From contig CAVTCR010000086.1 in NCBI GenBank assembly GCA_963733195.1, forward strand, positions 1 through 64,000: a stretch of 64,000 nucleotides of DNA. The letters are read 5' to 3'. The number at the start of each line of letters is the position of its first letter. The stretch's first letter is position 1. Source of the stretch: an uncultured delta proteobacterium (GTDB lineage: Bacteria; Desulfobacterota; Binatia; Bin18). Both the position numbers and the translations under genes were made by a program. A model generated the notes under the pieces. That model searched no databases and was not told the origin of the DNA. It was given only the letters and a program-made list of their open reading frames with translations. Positions 39,541-50,643 of the stretch are shown here, one piece after another.

Positions 39541-40617
39541 ATGTCTACCGACACCATACCCGTTGGCCTGAAACGTATTCCGTTGTTTGCCGATCTTGAT
39601 GAGAATAAACTACGAGAATACCTTCAGCTTCTCCAACCACTTTCTTTCCACCAAGGCGACTGCCTGATGACCCAAGGTGAGATCGCCAATAGTATTTTTT
39701 TCCTTGAAGAAGGAGCCGTTGATGTCGTCATCACCCTACCTGGCGGCAACGAGATGCTCATCACTACACTCGGCCCTGGGAGTGTGATTGGCGAAATGGC
39801 TCTTCTTGACGATATTGGCACTCGCACCGCCACCGTACGGGCATTGACTACGACAAGCGGATTTCTGATTGAGCGTCAGGATTGCCGGACGTTACTGACC
39901 CAAACCCATGAGATGACCTTTCCGGTGCAACGTCGCATCACCCTCAGTTTATGCCAACGGCTAAGAGAGTTGTTCGCCAAGATTATCAGTTTTGCCGTGC
40001 CGCAAGCTTCTCAGGCTTCTGAGGTTACGGGAGAACTCGACGCCTCGTTTGACACAACGCGCTATAGCTCTTCACCCTTGTCCTATAAAACGTTCTTGCC
40101 CCAGTTACCGTTCTTTTCCAACTTTCGCTCAGATGACATTGACCATCTCCTCGCTCAGGCGGCAGTTCTGGAATTGTCGCGCGAACAGATACTGTTCCGG
40201 CAAGGCAGTCCGGGTCGTGCTAGTTTCATTATCATTCGTGGCGCAGTCGAACTCATGAGTAACACCGAGCAGTCATACCCGCTGGGCGTTTTAGGGCCAG
40301 GTCACATCTGTGGGCAACTTGCGCTGATCGATCATACCTCGCATGAGGCAACGGCAGTGGTGCGTAGTCGCACGGTGCTGCTTGAACTGTCACAACCTGC
40401 CTTTGAGCATCTTTTTACTGCGAACTCGCGGATCGCAGCAAAGTTTCAGCATGCGATCATGCAAAGTTTGTTGATCGCCTTGGCAAAGGCAGATAATCAT
40501 CTGACACGAGTGCTGAGTCAGGCCTCTCTCCGCAACCGCCATGGCAAAACTGGAACGTTAGTGGTCAAGATAATGAATCTCGACCGTCCGCTGTCCGCTC
40601 CGCATGTCAGCATATAA
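39541..40617 (+). CDS. Tandem cyclic nucleotide-binding domain protein, no HTH
   Basis: GSVIGEMALL..RTATV and GHICGQLALI..HEATAV. Confidence 0.85.
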   Translation: MSTDTIPVGLKRIPLFADLDENKLREYLQLLQPLSFHQGDCLMTQGEIANSIFFLEEGAVDVVITLPGGNEMLITTLGPGSVIGEMALLDDIGTRTATVRALTTTSGFLIERQDCRTLLTQTHEMTFPVQRRITLSLCQRLRELFAKIISFAVPQASQASEVTGELDASFDTTRYSSSPLSYKTFLPQLPFFSNFRSDDIDHLLAQAAVLELSREQILFRQGSPGRASFIIIRGAVELMSNTEQSYPLGVLGPGHICGQLALIDHTSHEATAVVRSRTVLLELSQPAFEHLFTANSRIAAKFQHAIMQSLLIALAKADNHLTRVLSQASLRNRHGKTGTLVVKIMNLDRPLSAPHVSI

Positions 40618-41481
40618 CAGGCTGTACTCTGGCACTTCTATCCAGGCTGTGGTGTCGCGTGTCAACGGTTCAGAAGCGATCATAATCGAATCGGCAATAT
40701 CACTGCCACCGATCATCCTCCACTCTCCGTTATACAAGCCGTATTCCACACCGCAGGTGTACCACAAACTGAGAAAGGAAAAATTAAGCTCATGGAGTGC
40801 CTCGGTCTCGGTCGTGTAGCAACCGAAATCGAAACAATAGCGGACCGCAACGATCTCCTTACCAGTTGAGATAAACAGGTTCACAAAGGAAGACGTGGTA
40901 ATATCGCAGCGTTCGCGTACCTGTTGAATGATACTGATGACACGTTCGACTGCCTGGTGAATTTCACCAATGTCAGGACATGCTGTCGGATCTTTTAGTT
41001 GCGAGAGCAACAATGCATAGATCCATTCACTATCAGTGCTGCCGCTAATACGTTGGGCAATGTCGGGATGGAGATACTCCGAGAGAAACGGCTTCATCTC
41101 TCGGAAACGCGCAAGGTCACCATTATGGGCCATCCACAATTTTGTTCCGGGAAAGTGGAACGGGTGGACGTTCTGCGGAGCGATTTCTACATCTGGGCGG
41201 TACGCCACACCACGGACGTGGGCCAACACACAACTGGCCTTGATCTTTTGTGCGAGCCCTTTGAGATTACGATCGAAGATTGGTAACGACGTAGAAACAT
41301 AGCTGAAAGGGGTTTCAGGATCATACGAAGTGCGATCCCACGCGCTGATGCCAAACCCAGCCAGATTGAGCATGCGTAGCATCTTCGGCATATAGGCTTG
41401 TTTGACTAACGAGTTATCCGGTCCGTAGAGCAAATGATCGAGAAGAACGGGTTGTCCCAGGTAGGCAAGCGCGCGGCACAT
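40558..41481 (-). CDS. Class II (Ntn) glutamine amidotransferase, EgtC/Dug3-like
   Basis: N-terminal MCR, AHVR, HPF, HNG, GSTDSE, ASEPL. Confidence 0.88.
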   Translation of the reverse strand: MCRALAYLGQPVLLDHLLYGPDNSLVKQAYMPKMLRMLNLAGFGISAWDRTSYDPETPFSYVSTSLPIFDRNLKGLAQKIKASCVLAHVRGVAYRPDVEIAPQNVHPFHFPGTKLWMAHNGDLARFREMKPFLSEYLHPDIAQRISGSTDSEWIYALLLSQLKDPTACPDIGEIHQAVERVISIIQQVRERCDITTSSFVNLFISTGKEIVAVRYCFDFGCYTTETEALHELNFSFLSLWYTCGVEYGLYNGEWRMIGGSDIADSIMIASEPLTRDTTAWIEVPEYSLLYADMRSGQRTVEIHYLDH

Positions 41482-41502
41482 AGTTCTTTTTCCTCAAGAT
41501 AA

Positions 41503-41580
41503 GTGTCATTGCGAGGAGCCGCAGGCGACAAAGTAATCTCTTTTCGAGACAAAGATTGCTTCGCTGCGCTCGCAATGACA
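41503..41580. repeat. Palindromic REP-like element
   Basis: TGTCATTGCGAG...AATCT...AGATTGCTTCG...CTCGCAATGACA. Confidence 0.8.
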
Positions 41581-41609
41581 AGGAATCCAGGGCTCGAAGA
41601 ATATATCTC

Positions 41610-42578
41610 TTACGGAATCAACACCAACTTTCCCACCGATCCACGCGATTCCATATGCCGATGCGCTTCTGGTGCATCAGCGAGCGCAAATTTCTTGCCG
41701 ATGAGCATTTTGAGTTTTCCTTGCCCCATCAGTTGAAACGACTTCTCGATCCCTTCTTTGTGTTTATCTGGCATCGACGACACCGTGTATAGCACAAACC
41801 CACTAACTTTGAGTGAATTCTGGAAGAGGCTCATCAGGTTGAGTGGGTCAGGAATGCCACCTGCGCGGCCGTAGAGAATCAGATGCCCAAAGGGATTGAG
41901 ACATTGAATGCCCTTTTCCAATGTTGGCTTGCCAACTGCATCGAGAATAAGATCGACTCCCTTCCCGTCAGTCAGTTTCTTTGCTTCCGCAGCAAAATCG
42001 TCTTTTACGTAGTTGATGACAGCATCAGCACCATACTGTTTCACCAGGTCAATTTTACTGTCACTCGACACCGTTCCGATTACACGTGCCCCAGCAGCCT
42101 TGGCGAGCTGGACAGCAACGATGCCCACGCCTCCAGCGGCGGAGTGGACGAGCACAGTTTGCCCTGGTGTTGTCTGATGCGAAGTATGCAGCATATGATA
42201 TGCAGTTAGGGTCTGAATCGGAAACGCGACGCCATCTTCATAGCTGACAAAATCCGGCAATGGGATCACTTGCGCAGCCGAGACTGTACAGTACTCAGCG
42301 TAAGTTTTGACGCCGATCGAGGTCACACGCATCCCTGGTTTGAGGTGTGTGACCTCAGGACCAACTGCATCGATAATGCCCGACGCTTCCATTCCTGGGA
42401 TATCCGGTAGCTTTGGTTTTATCAGATATTGCCCTTGGCGGAAAAAGGTGTCGGCGAAGTTAATGCCGATCGCGTGTGTCTTGATCCGTACCCAGCCTTT
42501 GCGGGGCTCAGGGACATCGATATCTTCATACTTCAAAACTTCCGGGCCGCCGAGTTCATGAAATTGAATCGCCTTCAT
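41610..42578 (-). CDS. qor: NADPH:quinone oxidoreductase (MDR family)
   Basis: GGPEVL, GINFAD, HSAAGGVG, GKLVL. Confidence 0.88.
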   Translation of the reverse strand: MKAIQFHELGGPEVLKYEDIDVPEPRKGWVRIKTHAIGINFADTFFRQGQYLIKPKLPDIPGMEASGIIDAVGPEVTHLKPGMRVTSIGVKTYAEYCTVSAAQVIPLPDFVSYEDGVAFPIQTLTAYHMLHTSHQTTPGQTVLVHSAAGGVGIVAVQLAKAAGARVIGTVSSDSKIDLVKQYGADAVINYVKDDFAAEAKKLTDGKGVDLILDAVGKPTLEKGIQCLNPFGHLILYGRAGGIPDPLNLMSLFQNSLKVSGFVLYTVSSMPDKHKEGIEKSFQLMGQGKLKMLIGKKFALADAPEAHRHMESRGSVGKLVLIP

Positions 42579-42812
42579 GGCACGCCTCCTTCTGACAGCT
42601 TTCGTTTCTCGTACTACCGTAAGGCTCTGAGTGAAGATAGGTGGGGCGTCTCTTGACTTTCCCTGTAGAAGCGGTCAGCTATCAGCGTTCGGCGACAATT
42701 AAGAATTAAAAATGAAAAATTAAGAGTGAAGAAGAATAAGTGAAAAACGCAGCCCTGATTTAACTTTTTTCCATTCTTCATTCTTCATTCTTATCTTTAG
42801 TAAGGAGGAACT

Positions 42813-44472
42813 ATGGGCATCGTTCGTGGCGAAGAACTGATTGGACAGGCATTTAAGAACGAAGGTGTTGATACGATTTTTTTCATGATGGGTGGACCAA
42901 CCAGTGGCGCGGCAGGTTCGTGTCTCAAACTTGGGATGCAAGGAATTTATGTCCGCCATGAGCAAGCTGCTGCCATGATGGCGCATGCCTATGCACGCGT
43001 CACAGGCAAGCCGGGTATTTGTATTACACCGTCAGGCCCTGGAACAGCGAATGCTGTCACAGGACTGGCGAACGCGTGGGCTGATTCTGCGCCGATCATT
43101 GCGATCGGTGGGTCGGCACCAATGCGGGCGACGACGCTCGATTCTTTCCAGGAGATGGATCAAGTGGCGATGATGAAACCGGTAGTGAAGGCTGCCTATC
43201 GTGTCGATATCGCCTCGCGTATTCCCGAGTACATCAGCCTTGCGTTTCGTGAAGCCATGGATGGCAAGAAAGGTCCAGTCTATCTTGATCTTCCTGGTGA
43301 CATCCTGTCCACCAAAGTCGAGGACGACAAACTCTACTGGCCGACCAATTATCGAGTGGATAGTCGCCCTGCAGGTGATCCAGCACTGATTCGCAAGGCG
43401 GTTGACTTGCTGGCAAAAGCCCAACGTCCGCTTCTTGTCACTGGCAGTGGAGTGTTGTGGGCCGATGCCGCCGCAGAAATGCGCCAGTTTGTCGAAGCCA
43501 CTGGCATTCCGTTCTTTACCACACCACAAGGGCGCGGTGTCGTACCGGAAGATCATCCACGTGCTTTTCCTGCCGCACGTTCGCAGGCCTTCCGTGAAGC
43601 TGATGTTGTGCTGGTCATCGGTGCGCGCGCAAACTCGATGCTATCGTTCCTGCGCGCGCCGCGCTTTCTCGCCGGATGCAAAGTTCATCAACGTCAATCT
43701 CGATGGCAAAGAGATCGGCCATAACCGCGATGTTGCGGTCGGCATCATTGGTGACGCGAAACTCGTCTTACAGCAACTCACGGCTGAGGCAAAAGGAAAG
43801 ATCGACGGCAAACAAGAAACAACCTGGGTCGCACAACTTTCCGCCAAGCAACGAACGAACGAGGAGCGCAACGCGCAATTGTTGAACTCAACGAAAGTAC
43901 CAATTCACCCGTTGCGCTTATGTAAGGAAGTACGCGACATCATTACCCGTGACACGATTCTTGTCGTCGATGGGCATGAGATTCTCAACTTCGGTCGCCA
44001 GTCAATTCCGATCTTTGAAGTCGGTGGCAGTCTCAATGCTGGTCCGCACGGGTGTATGGGAATCGGGGTCCCGTTCGGTATAGGTGCGAAAGCTGCACGA
44101 CCAGACAAGCCTGTCGTCGTTCTTAGCGGAGATGGCGCGTTTGGCTGGAACGGCATGGAGATGGATACGGCCATTCGTCACAAGTTGAACATCGTTGTCG
44201 TCGTGTCGAATAATGCTGGGTTCACCTCGCGCCAGACCGGACGTATGACCGCCAGCAACATGGGCCTCGAAAACGTAGGTCGTGAGCTGGGCTACCAACG
44301 CTATGACAAGATGGTCGAAGCACTCGGCGGCTATGGCGAGTTCGTTGAGAAGCCAGAGGATATTGCGGCAGCGATCAAGCGCGCGATGGCGAGTGGCAAA
44401 CCCGCCCTCGTTAACGTCTGTACTGACCCTGATGCGCAGGCGACAACCGATATGGGGTTTGGAGGGTACTAG
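42813..44472 (+). CDS. TPP-dependent enzyme (oxalyl-CoA decarboxylase/2-hydroxyacyl-CoA lyase-like); frameshift ~43665
   Basis: VRHEQAAAMMA, GPG, GCMGIG, GDGAFG...NN. Confidence 0.9.
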
Positions 44473-44574
44473 GCAGCTTCAAATCATGAGCAGCGAGTAA
44501 TGAGCAGTAAAAGCATTACTCGTGCTTGCTCGAAACTCGTTGCTCACCACTCTTCACTCTCCCAAGGAGGTCGT

Positions 44575-45622
44575 ATGAAATTCGGCGTTCTCTACGCATT
44601 CCGTAACCCACCGCAGTGGCATAAGCCGTTTCCCGATTTTTATCGAGCCCAGTTTGATCAGATGCAGGCAGTCGAGCAGTTAGGTTACGATGTCGTCTGG
44701 GTCACCGAGCATCATTTCATCGAGGACGGCTATCTGCCCTCACTTCTTCCCGTTGCCGCAGTGATTGCCGATCGCACCAAGCGGGTGCAGATCGGCACTT
44801 ATGTACTGTTACTCCCATTGCACGACCCATTGCGAGTGGCGGAAGATGCCGCAGTCGTGGACATCATCTCGAACGGGCGTTTGTTGCTTGGCTTAGGCCA
44901 AGGCTATCGGCTCGAAGAATTTGAAGGTTTCAATATCAACCGCGATGATCGTCCTCGGATGACCGAAGAAGGCATCGAAGTGCTTATCGGTGCATGGACG
45001 CAAGACAACTTCACCTACAACGGACAACACTATCAGTACAAAAACATCACGCTGACACCGAAGCCGGTGCAGAAGCCATACCCACAGCTTGGGATTGGTG
45101 CACGTGGCCTCAAGCCGACACGACGAGCAGCAAAGTACGGCTGCCATCTGATGGGTGGCGCGTTTGGACAATATGACATTTACATCAATGCGCTCAAAGA
45201 GTACGGACGCGATCCAAAAGATTACGATGTGATGAATTTACGCCCGATCTATGTCCATCGTGACCCTGAACAAGCGTGGAAAGACGCAGGCGAGCACATC
45301 TTCTACTTGTTCAAGAACTACGGCAAATGGTTTGGTGCCGCAGGCGACCTTAAGAGTGACACGCAGATGGGCGCGATGAATGTTGCCAGTTTTGATCAGA
45401 TCCGCGATACCGATTTCTGGCGTAATGTCGTCATTGCCGGTTCACCAGAACAAGTCACAGCACGGCTCCTGAAAGAACACGAAACCACACCGTGTGATCA
45501 CTTCTTGTTTTTCGTTCTTGCCCGGCTTGCCGTATGACAAGATGTTACAATCGATTCGCTTGTTCGCAGAAGAAGTCATGCCACATCTACGTCCGTTAAA
45601 AACGCCGGCGAAAGTAGGATAG
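44575..45622 (+). CDS. LLM class flavin-dependent oxidoreductase; frameshift ~45515
   Basis: WVTEHHF, PLRVAED, GLGQGYR; tail SIRLFAEEVMPHL. Confidence 0.9.
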
Positions 45623-45695
45623 TGACCACCCAGGCCGGAAACGCCCCGCTGATTCCGGCCTACTTTCTTTCTCCCCTCATTCAAGAAGCCCTTCT

Positions 45696-46109
45696 TCACA
45701 GGCTCTGTGCAATTGCTTCCGCAAGTACCCTCCCCTGCTCCCCTGTCAAAGATTGCGCAGGCCATCCGATACCGAGGCCAGTGCCATCAGGATATTTGGG
45801 GATAATATGAAAATGCACATGCATCACGGCTTGGTGGGCAGTCGCACCATTGTTCTGCAGCACGTTGAATGCGACTGCACCCGTCACTTGCAAAACCGCT
45901 CGGCTAATCTTTGGTAAGACACGTCCAATAGCCGCCGCCGACTCGTCAGAAAGTTGATCAAGCGTTTCTGCAGGCTCCTTAGGAATCACGAGAGTATGAC
46001 CACGACTCAACGGGCTAATATCGAGAAACGCCAACACGTACTCGTCCTCGTACACCCGAAAGCAGGGAATTTCTCCGGCAAGTATTTTTGTGAAGATTGT
46101 ATTGGCCAT
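45696..46109 (-). CDS. HIT family protein
   Basis: IFTKILAGEIP, GHTLVIPK, HVHFHIIP. Confidence 0.93.
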   Translation of the reverse strand: MANTIFTKILAGEIPCFRVYEDEYVLAFLDISPLSRGHTLVIPKEPAETLDQLSDESAAAIGRVLPKISRAVLQVTGAVAFNVLQNNGATAHQAVMHVHFHIIPKYPDGTGLGIGWPAQSLTGEQGRVLAEAIAQSL

Positions 46110-46154
46110 AGTATTGTCCCTTCACCAGCCACGAACTACCATAGAGTATGACAG

Positions 46155-47402
46155 TTACAAAGACCTGCCGAGAGAATTTGCCTCACGCCGCTCTTCCCCT
46201 GGCGGGCGAATATGACGAAATTGCCAGAGTAACAACAAGTCATAAACGATCTTCAGCCCCCCAGCAATGAAGAACGGCGCACTCATGAACGAGGCATTAA
46301 ACAACACACCTGCCGCCACAGGACCGAGCGCACTTGCACCGGTCCGAGCAAGAGTAATAATCCCGGAAGCTGCAGAACGTTCATCCGGTGCGACGACCGC
46401 CATGATATAGGCTTGTCGCGTTGGCACATCCATCTGAGCCGTCGAATAACGTAACAGGACCATTGCCGCTGCAAGCGGAAACGTCGGCATTAACGGCGTC
46501 AGTAAAAGAAAGACATTCGCTGGCAAGTGGGTGAACACCATCGTATTGACCAAACCAATGCGCGCTGCCACTCGCGCAGCAATAAGCGCAGAGAATCCAG
46601 CGAGCAGGTTCGCACCAAAGAACAGGCTTCCTAACGACGCGGGCTCGACACCAAAACGTGTGTGAAACCAGTATGCCAGCAAACTCTGCAGGACGAGTGC
46701 GCCTGCAAACGAGTCGAGGATGAATAACAATGACAGCTTCTGAATGATTCCTCGTGAACGGTGGAGGCCAAAGAAGCGACCGACCGATTTCCGCTCTGTA
46801 GGTTCTATTTCAATCCGACAAGACAGAAAAAAAAAGAACAGTGCAAGCAGTACTCCAAATCCCGCATACAGCGTGAATAACGTTTGGTAGCTTGCCAGCA
46901 GAGTATGGCCTGTACGTTGGAGTGTTGTAGCCAACGTCCCACCACTCCACGACCCCAATGCCGCAGCGAACGACCCAACAAGGTTATACCAGGCAAACAT
47001 GCTCGTATGCCGTTCTCCTGGCGTGAGATGTGCCAATGCCGATTGTTCAATGGCAAGAAACGGACCGACTTCATGACCGGTTGGACTCAAGGTCCCAATG
47101 AATGCAGCAAGGATAAGAAAGAGCGGATTCGTCGTCAGTGCGAATACGGCACCAGTCAGCACCATAAAACCGGCACTAACCATGAGCATTCGTCGCCGTC
47201 CGATACGGTCGGCAACTTGGGTAATGATCAGAGAAAGAAGGGCATCGCCGACAAGCGTCAACGTCAGTAACAGGCCAATCTCACTCTCTGTCATTCCAAC
47301 TGCGGCCAAATGCAGCGCGAGAATAATCGAAAGGAAACCATACGCGAATAAGCGGATGATACGCCCGCTGAAGAGCAGCCATGTATCTCGTGGCAACAAC
47401 AT
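46155..47402 (-). CDS. MFS transporter
   Basis: ADRIGRRR motif, about 12 TM segments. Confidence 0.9.
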   Translation of the reverse strand: MLLPRDTWLLFSGRIIRLFAYGFLSIILALHLAAVGMTESEIGLLLTLTLVGDALLSLIITQVADRIGRRRMLMVSAGFMVLTGAVFALTTNPLFLILAAFIGTLSPTGHEVGPFLAIEQSALAHLTPGERHTSMFAWYNLVGSFAAALGSWSGGTLATTLQRTGHTLLASYQTLFTLYAGFGVLLALFFFFLSCRIEIEPTERKSVGRFFGLHRSRGIIQKLSLLFILDSFAGALVLQSLLAYWFHTRFGVEPASLGSLFFGANLLAGFSALIAARVAARIGLVNTMVFTHLPANVFLLLTPLMPTFPLAAAMVLLRYSTAQMDVPTRQAYIMAVVAPDERSAASGIITLARTGASALGPVAAGVLFNASFMSAPFFIAGGLKIVYDLLLLWQFRHIRPPGEERREANSLGRSL

Positions 47403-47494
47403 TCCCGACACGTTGAACGTTCCCACCCTCGCCAAACAAGAACGAACCACGTACATTTCACATCGCAGTCAGAAGATAAATGTGGGAGAAAATT

Positions 47495-48256
47495 ATGGTT
47501 CACGTATTCCAAGGAAAAGTCGCGCTGGTAACGGGTGCCAGCTCCGGTATTGGTCGCGCCACCGCCTTAGCCTTTGCTCGTGAAGGAGCGAAAGTAGTGG
47601 TGTCTGATGTCGTCGTTGAGGGCGGCAATGAAACTGTCCAACTCATTAGGAAAGCCGAGGGCGAGGCAACGTTCATCAAAGCCGATGTCGCCAACGCTGC
47701 TGAGGTTGAGGCTCTCATTCAGCAAACTATCGCAACGTATGGGCGATTGGATTGCGCCCATAACAATGCTGGGATTTCTGGCCCACTGACGACCGTCGCT
47801 GACACAGCAGAGAGCAAGTGGGATCGTGTAATCGCGATCAACCTGAAGGGTGTCTGGCTGTGCATGAAGTATGAACTGCAGCAGATGGCCAAACAAGGCA
47901 GCGGTGCGATTGTCAATACTGCCTCTGGGGCCGGGCTCGTCGGCATCGCTGGCGCGAGCGCTTATGTTGCCAGTAAACATGGAGTCCTGGGGCTCACAAA
48001 AACTGCGGCGTTGGAATATGCCAAACAGGGCATTCGCGTAAACGCCGTGTGTCCAGGGGTGATCGACACTCCGATGGTCCAACGATTGACTGATCGTCAT
48101 CCCAGCGCAGCAGAAGCGATGGTTGCTGGGCATCCGATTGGACGCGTCGGTAAACCAGAAGAAATCGCTGAAGCTGTGATATGGCTATGTTCTGCAGCGG
48201 CGTCGTTCGTGACTGGCCATGCGCTGTCGGTCGACGGTGGGTATGTCATGCAATAA
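47495..48256 (+). CDS. SDR family oxidoreductase
   Basis: TGASSGIG, NNAG, YVASKH. Confidence 0.93.
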   Translation: MVHVFQGKVALVTGASSGIGRATALAFAREGAKVVVSDVVVEGGNETVQLIRKAEGEATFIKADVANAAEVEALIQQTIATYGRLDCAHNNAGISGPLTTVADTAESKWDRVIAINLKGVWLCMKYELQQMAKQGSGAIVNTASGAGLVGIAGASAYVASKHGVLGLTKTAALEYAKQGIRVNAVCPGVIDTPMVQRLTDRHPSAAEAMVAGHPIGRVGKPEEIAEAVIWLCSAAASFVTGHALSVDGGYVMQ

Positions 48257-48278
48257 CAGATAGTTAAGGAGTGTTTTC

Positions 48279-49007
48279 ATGCCCAAGATGAAAGCTGTAT
48301 TGTTCGATTTCGGTGGTACGCTTTTCGGCTATGAAGCCGTCGCTCCAGGTGAACGCGAAAGTGTGGTTGATATCGCCCGTTGGGCCGGGGCCGATGGTGA
48401 GCCCCGTGAAATTCTTCGTGCTTATCGCGGTGCGCTGAAAAACGTCTTCTATGAATATCTCCCACGTCCCTATTATCTGCACCGCGATTTGTTCCGTGAT
48501 GTCTTACAAGCGATGGCACGAGATCTCGGCATCACTTTGAGCGAAGAGCACTTTGCTCGCTATCGCCAAGTCCAGTGGCAACGCCGTGAACGCGATTTCA
48601 CCTTACGCGAAGGCGTGTTTGAAACGCTCACTGCACTGCGTGACCGTGGTTACCATCTTGGCATTGTGAGTAACATCGACGACGATCAGCTTGAGCATAT
48701 GGTGAGCTTGAGTAAGATTGAGCCGTACTTCGACTCCATCTTGTCAAGTGAATCCGTGCAATCGTGCAAACCCGATTTGCGCATTTTTACTGAAGCTGTG
48801 GGGCGGGCGGGCTGTGCCCCCAGTGAAGCCTTCTTTGTTGGTGATTCCCTGCAGCAAGATATTCCTGGAGCAAACGCTCTAGGCATGCATTCGGTATTGA
48901 TCTGGGATCGCACCGATAGTGATCCGCCGGCGAAGGAGGCGATACCGCGCTCGGTGATCCAAAAAATTCCCGAGTTACTCGACTTGATCCAACGGGTCGA
49001 ATCATGA
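48279..49007 (+). CDS. HAD family hydrolase
   Basis: FDFGGTL, VSN, KP, VGDS..QD. Confidence 0.9.
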   Translation: MPKMKAVLFDFGGTLFGYEAVAPGERESVVDIARWAGADGEPREILRAYRGALKNVFYEYLPRPYYLHRDLFRDVLQAMARDLGITLSEEHFARYRQVQWQRRERDFTLREGVFETLTALRDRGYHLGIVSNIDDDQLEHMVSLSKIEPYFDSILSSESVQSCKPDLRIFTEAVGRAGCAPSEAFFVGDSLQQDIPGANALGMHSVLIWDRTDSDPPAKEAIPRSVIQKIPELLDLIQRVES

Positions 49008-49058
49008 AATAACACGGGCAGCCACGCAATACGTAACACGTAAGAAGGAGGTATCGTT

Positions 49059-49447
49059 ATGAGCACACCAACGAAAAAACCGTGACCGATTTCTGCAACG
49101 CGCTTCGCGACCGGAGCATGGACAAACTCGTCTCGTATTTGACCGAAGATGTGTATTACCACAACATGCCGTGGGAGCCGGTGAATGGACATGCGGGAGT
49201 CCGTAAAGTGCTTACGGCATTTGTTGAAGGCGACAAGATTGTTCTCGAAAAAATGGACATCAAAAACACTACCTCTTCCGGTAATGTCGTGATGAACGAA
49301 CGCATTGAACACTGGGCAGCCGGGAACGTGAAAGTGCAGTTGCCGGTGGTTGGCGTGTTCACCTTTAACGACAAAGGCAAGATCTTTCGTTGGTGCGATT
49401 ACTTTGATGCCAAGACGGTCCAACCAATGATGGACGTGTTGAAGTAA
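49059..49447 (+). CDS. Limonene-1,2-epoxide hydrolase family; frameshift near start
   Basis: YHNMPW, VMNERI, LPVVGVF, WCDYFD; AAGGAGG + ATG at 49059 out of frame. Confidence 0.85.
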
Positions 49448-49466
49448 TCAGAAAATTATTCTCATT

Positions 49467-49548
49467 CGTGCTTCGACAAGCTCAGCACGAACGGCCTAGA
49501 GTTGATAGTGTGGCTCTTTCTTCCGTTCGCCCTGAGCCTGTCGAAGGG
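49467..49548. repeat. Inverted pair of CTTCGACA.GCTCAG repeats
   Basis: CGTGCTTCGACAAGCTCAGCACGAACGG ... CCGTTCGCCCTGAGCCTGTCGAAGGG; related copies at 21734 and ~56575. Confidence 0.8.
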
Positions 49549-49576
49549 TGAGCGAAGGTAGAAAAAGAGCCGCGCT

Positions 49577-50629
49577 ATGAAATTCGGCCTCCACTACCAG
49601 TTACCCTGTTCCCCCGATCAATCACCTGTCCAGCGTTACCGTGACACTATCGAGCAGGCAGTTCATGCTGAACAGCTCGGGTTCGAGTCGATCTGGCCGG
49701 TGGAGCAGCATTTCAATGCCGACTTTTCCATCCTTCCCTCTCCACTCCTTTTGCTCGCATCGGTCGCTGCCCGTACAACCACACTCCGACTAGGGATCGC
49801 GATCATTCTTCTGCCATTGTCACATCCAGTACGTGTTGCAGAGGACGTTGCTACACTCGATGTGTTGAGTAACGGACGTGTCGAGTTCGGGATTGGACGT
49901 GGGGTGTTTCCTACCCACTTCGCCGGATTTAGTGTTCCTCAAAGCGAAAGTCGCGAGCGGTTGTTGGAGAATCTTCATGTCATTTTACAAGCCTGGACAA
50001 AAGAGCGGTTTTCCTTTCACGGACGATTTTTCGAGATTGAAGATCTCTCGGTTGTTCCGAAACCAGTACAGCAACCTCATCCACCGATTCTTATTGCCGC
50101 AAATACGGTTGAAACCTACGAGCAAATGGGCAAGCTTGGGTATCCGATTTTGACGGCTTCGCAGATCACTACCTACCCCAAGCTTCGTGAGCTGATTCCC
50201 CTCTATCGCCAAGCACGAGAGACAGCAGGACACTCACCGACTCGCCCTCAAGACATCACGATGTTGTCACCGACATACGTTGCTGTGGACGCCGCACAGG
50301 TTCGTCGTGAGGTGGAACCGAGCATCAAACATTTTCTTCAATCACTGATCAACGCCTTTCCTGTTAGTGGTGATGGCAAAGGCGGATCGAACAAGCTGTT
50401 ACAGGAAGCGGCGGATCGTTTGCGCAAGACGACCTACGAGCAGGTGAATCAAGTCATGGGCATCTTTGAAACACCAGAAGCCTGTGTGGAGCGGATTAAA
50501 AAACTCCAAGAAGAATTCAACATGGGCCGTATGCTGTGCTGGTTTAATCCCGGTGGTCAGGTCCCGCACGTGCAAGTGATGCGCAGTATGGAGTTGTTCG
50601 CTGCTAAAGTCATGCCGAATTTTGGGTAA
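49577..50629 (+). CDS. LLM class flavin-dependent oxidoreductase
   Basis: WPVEQHF, HPVRVAEDVATLD, SMELFAAKVMP. Confidence 0.92.
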   Translation: MKFGLHYQLPCSPDQSPVQRYRDTIEQAVHAEQLGFESIWPVEQHFNADFSILPSPLLLLASVAARTTTLRLGIAIILLPLSHPVRVAEDVATLDVLSNGRVEFGIGRGVFPTHFAGFSVPQSESRERLLENLHVILQAWTKERFSFHGRFFEIEDLSVVPKPVQQPHPPILIAANTVETYEQMGKLGYPILTASQITTYPKLRELIPLYRQARETAGHSPTRPQDITMLSPTYVAVDAAQVRREVEPSIKHFLQSLINAFPVSGDGKGGSNKLLQEAADRLRKTTYEQVNQVMGIFETPEACVERIKKLQEEFNMGRMLCWFNPGGQVPHVQVMRSMELFAAKVMPNFG

Positions 50630-50643
50630 GGAAGGAAAGAACA

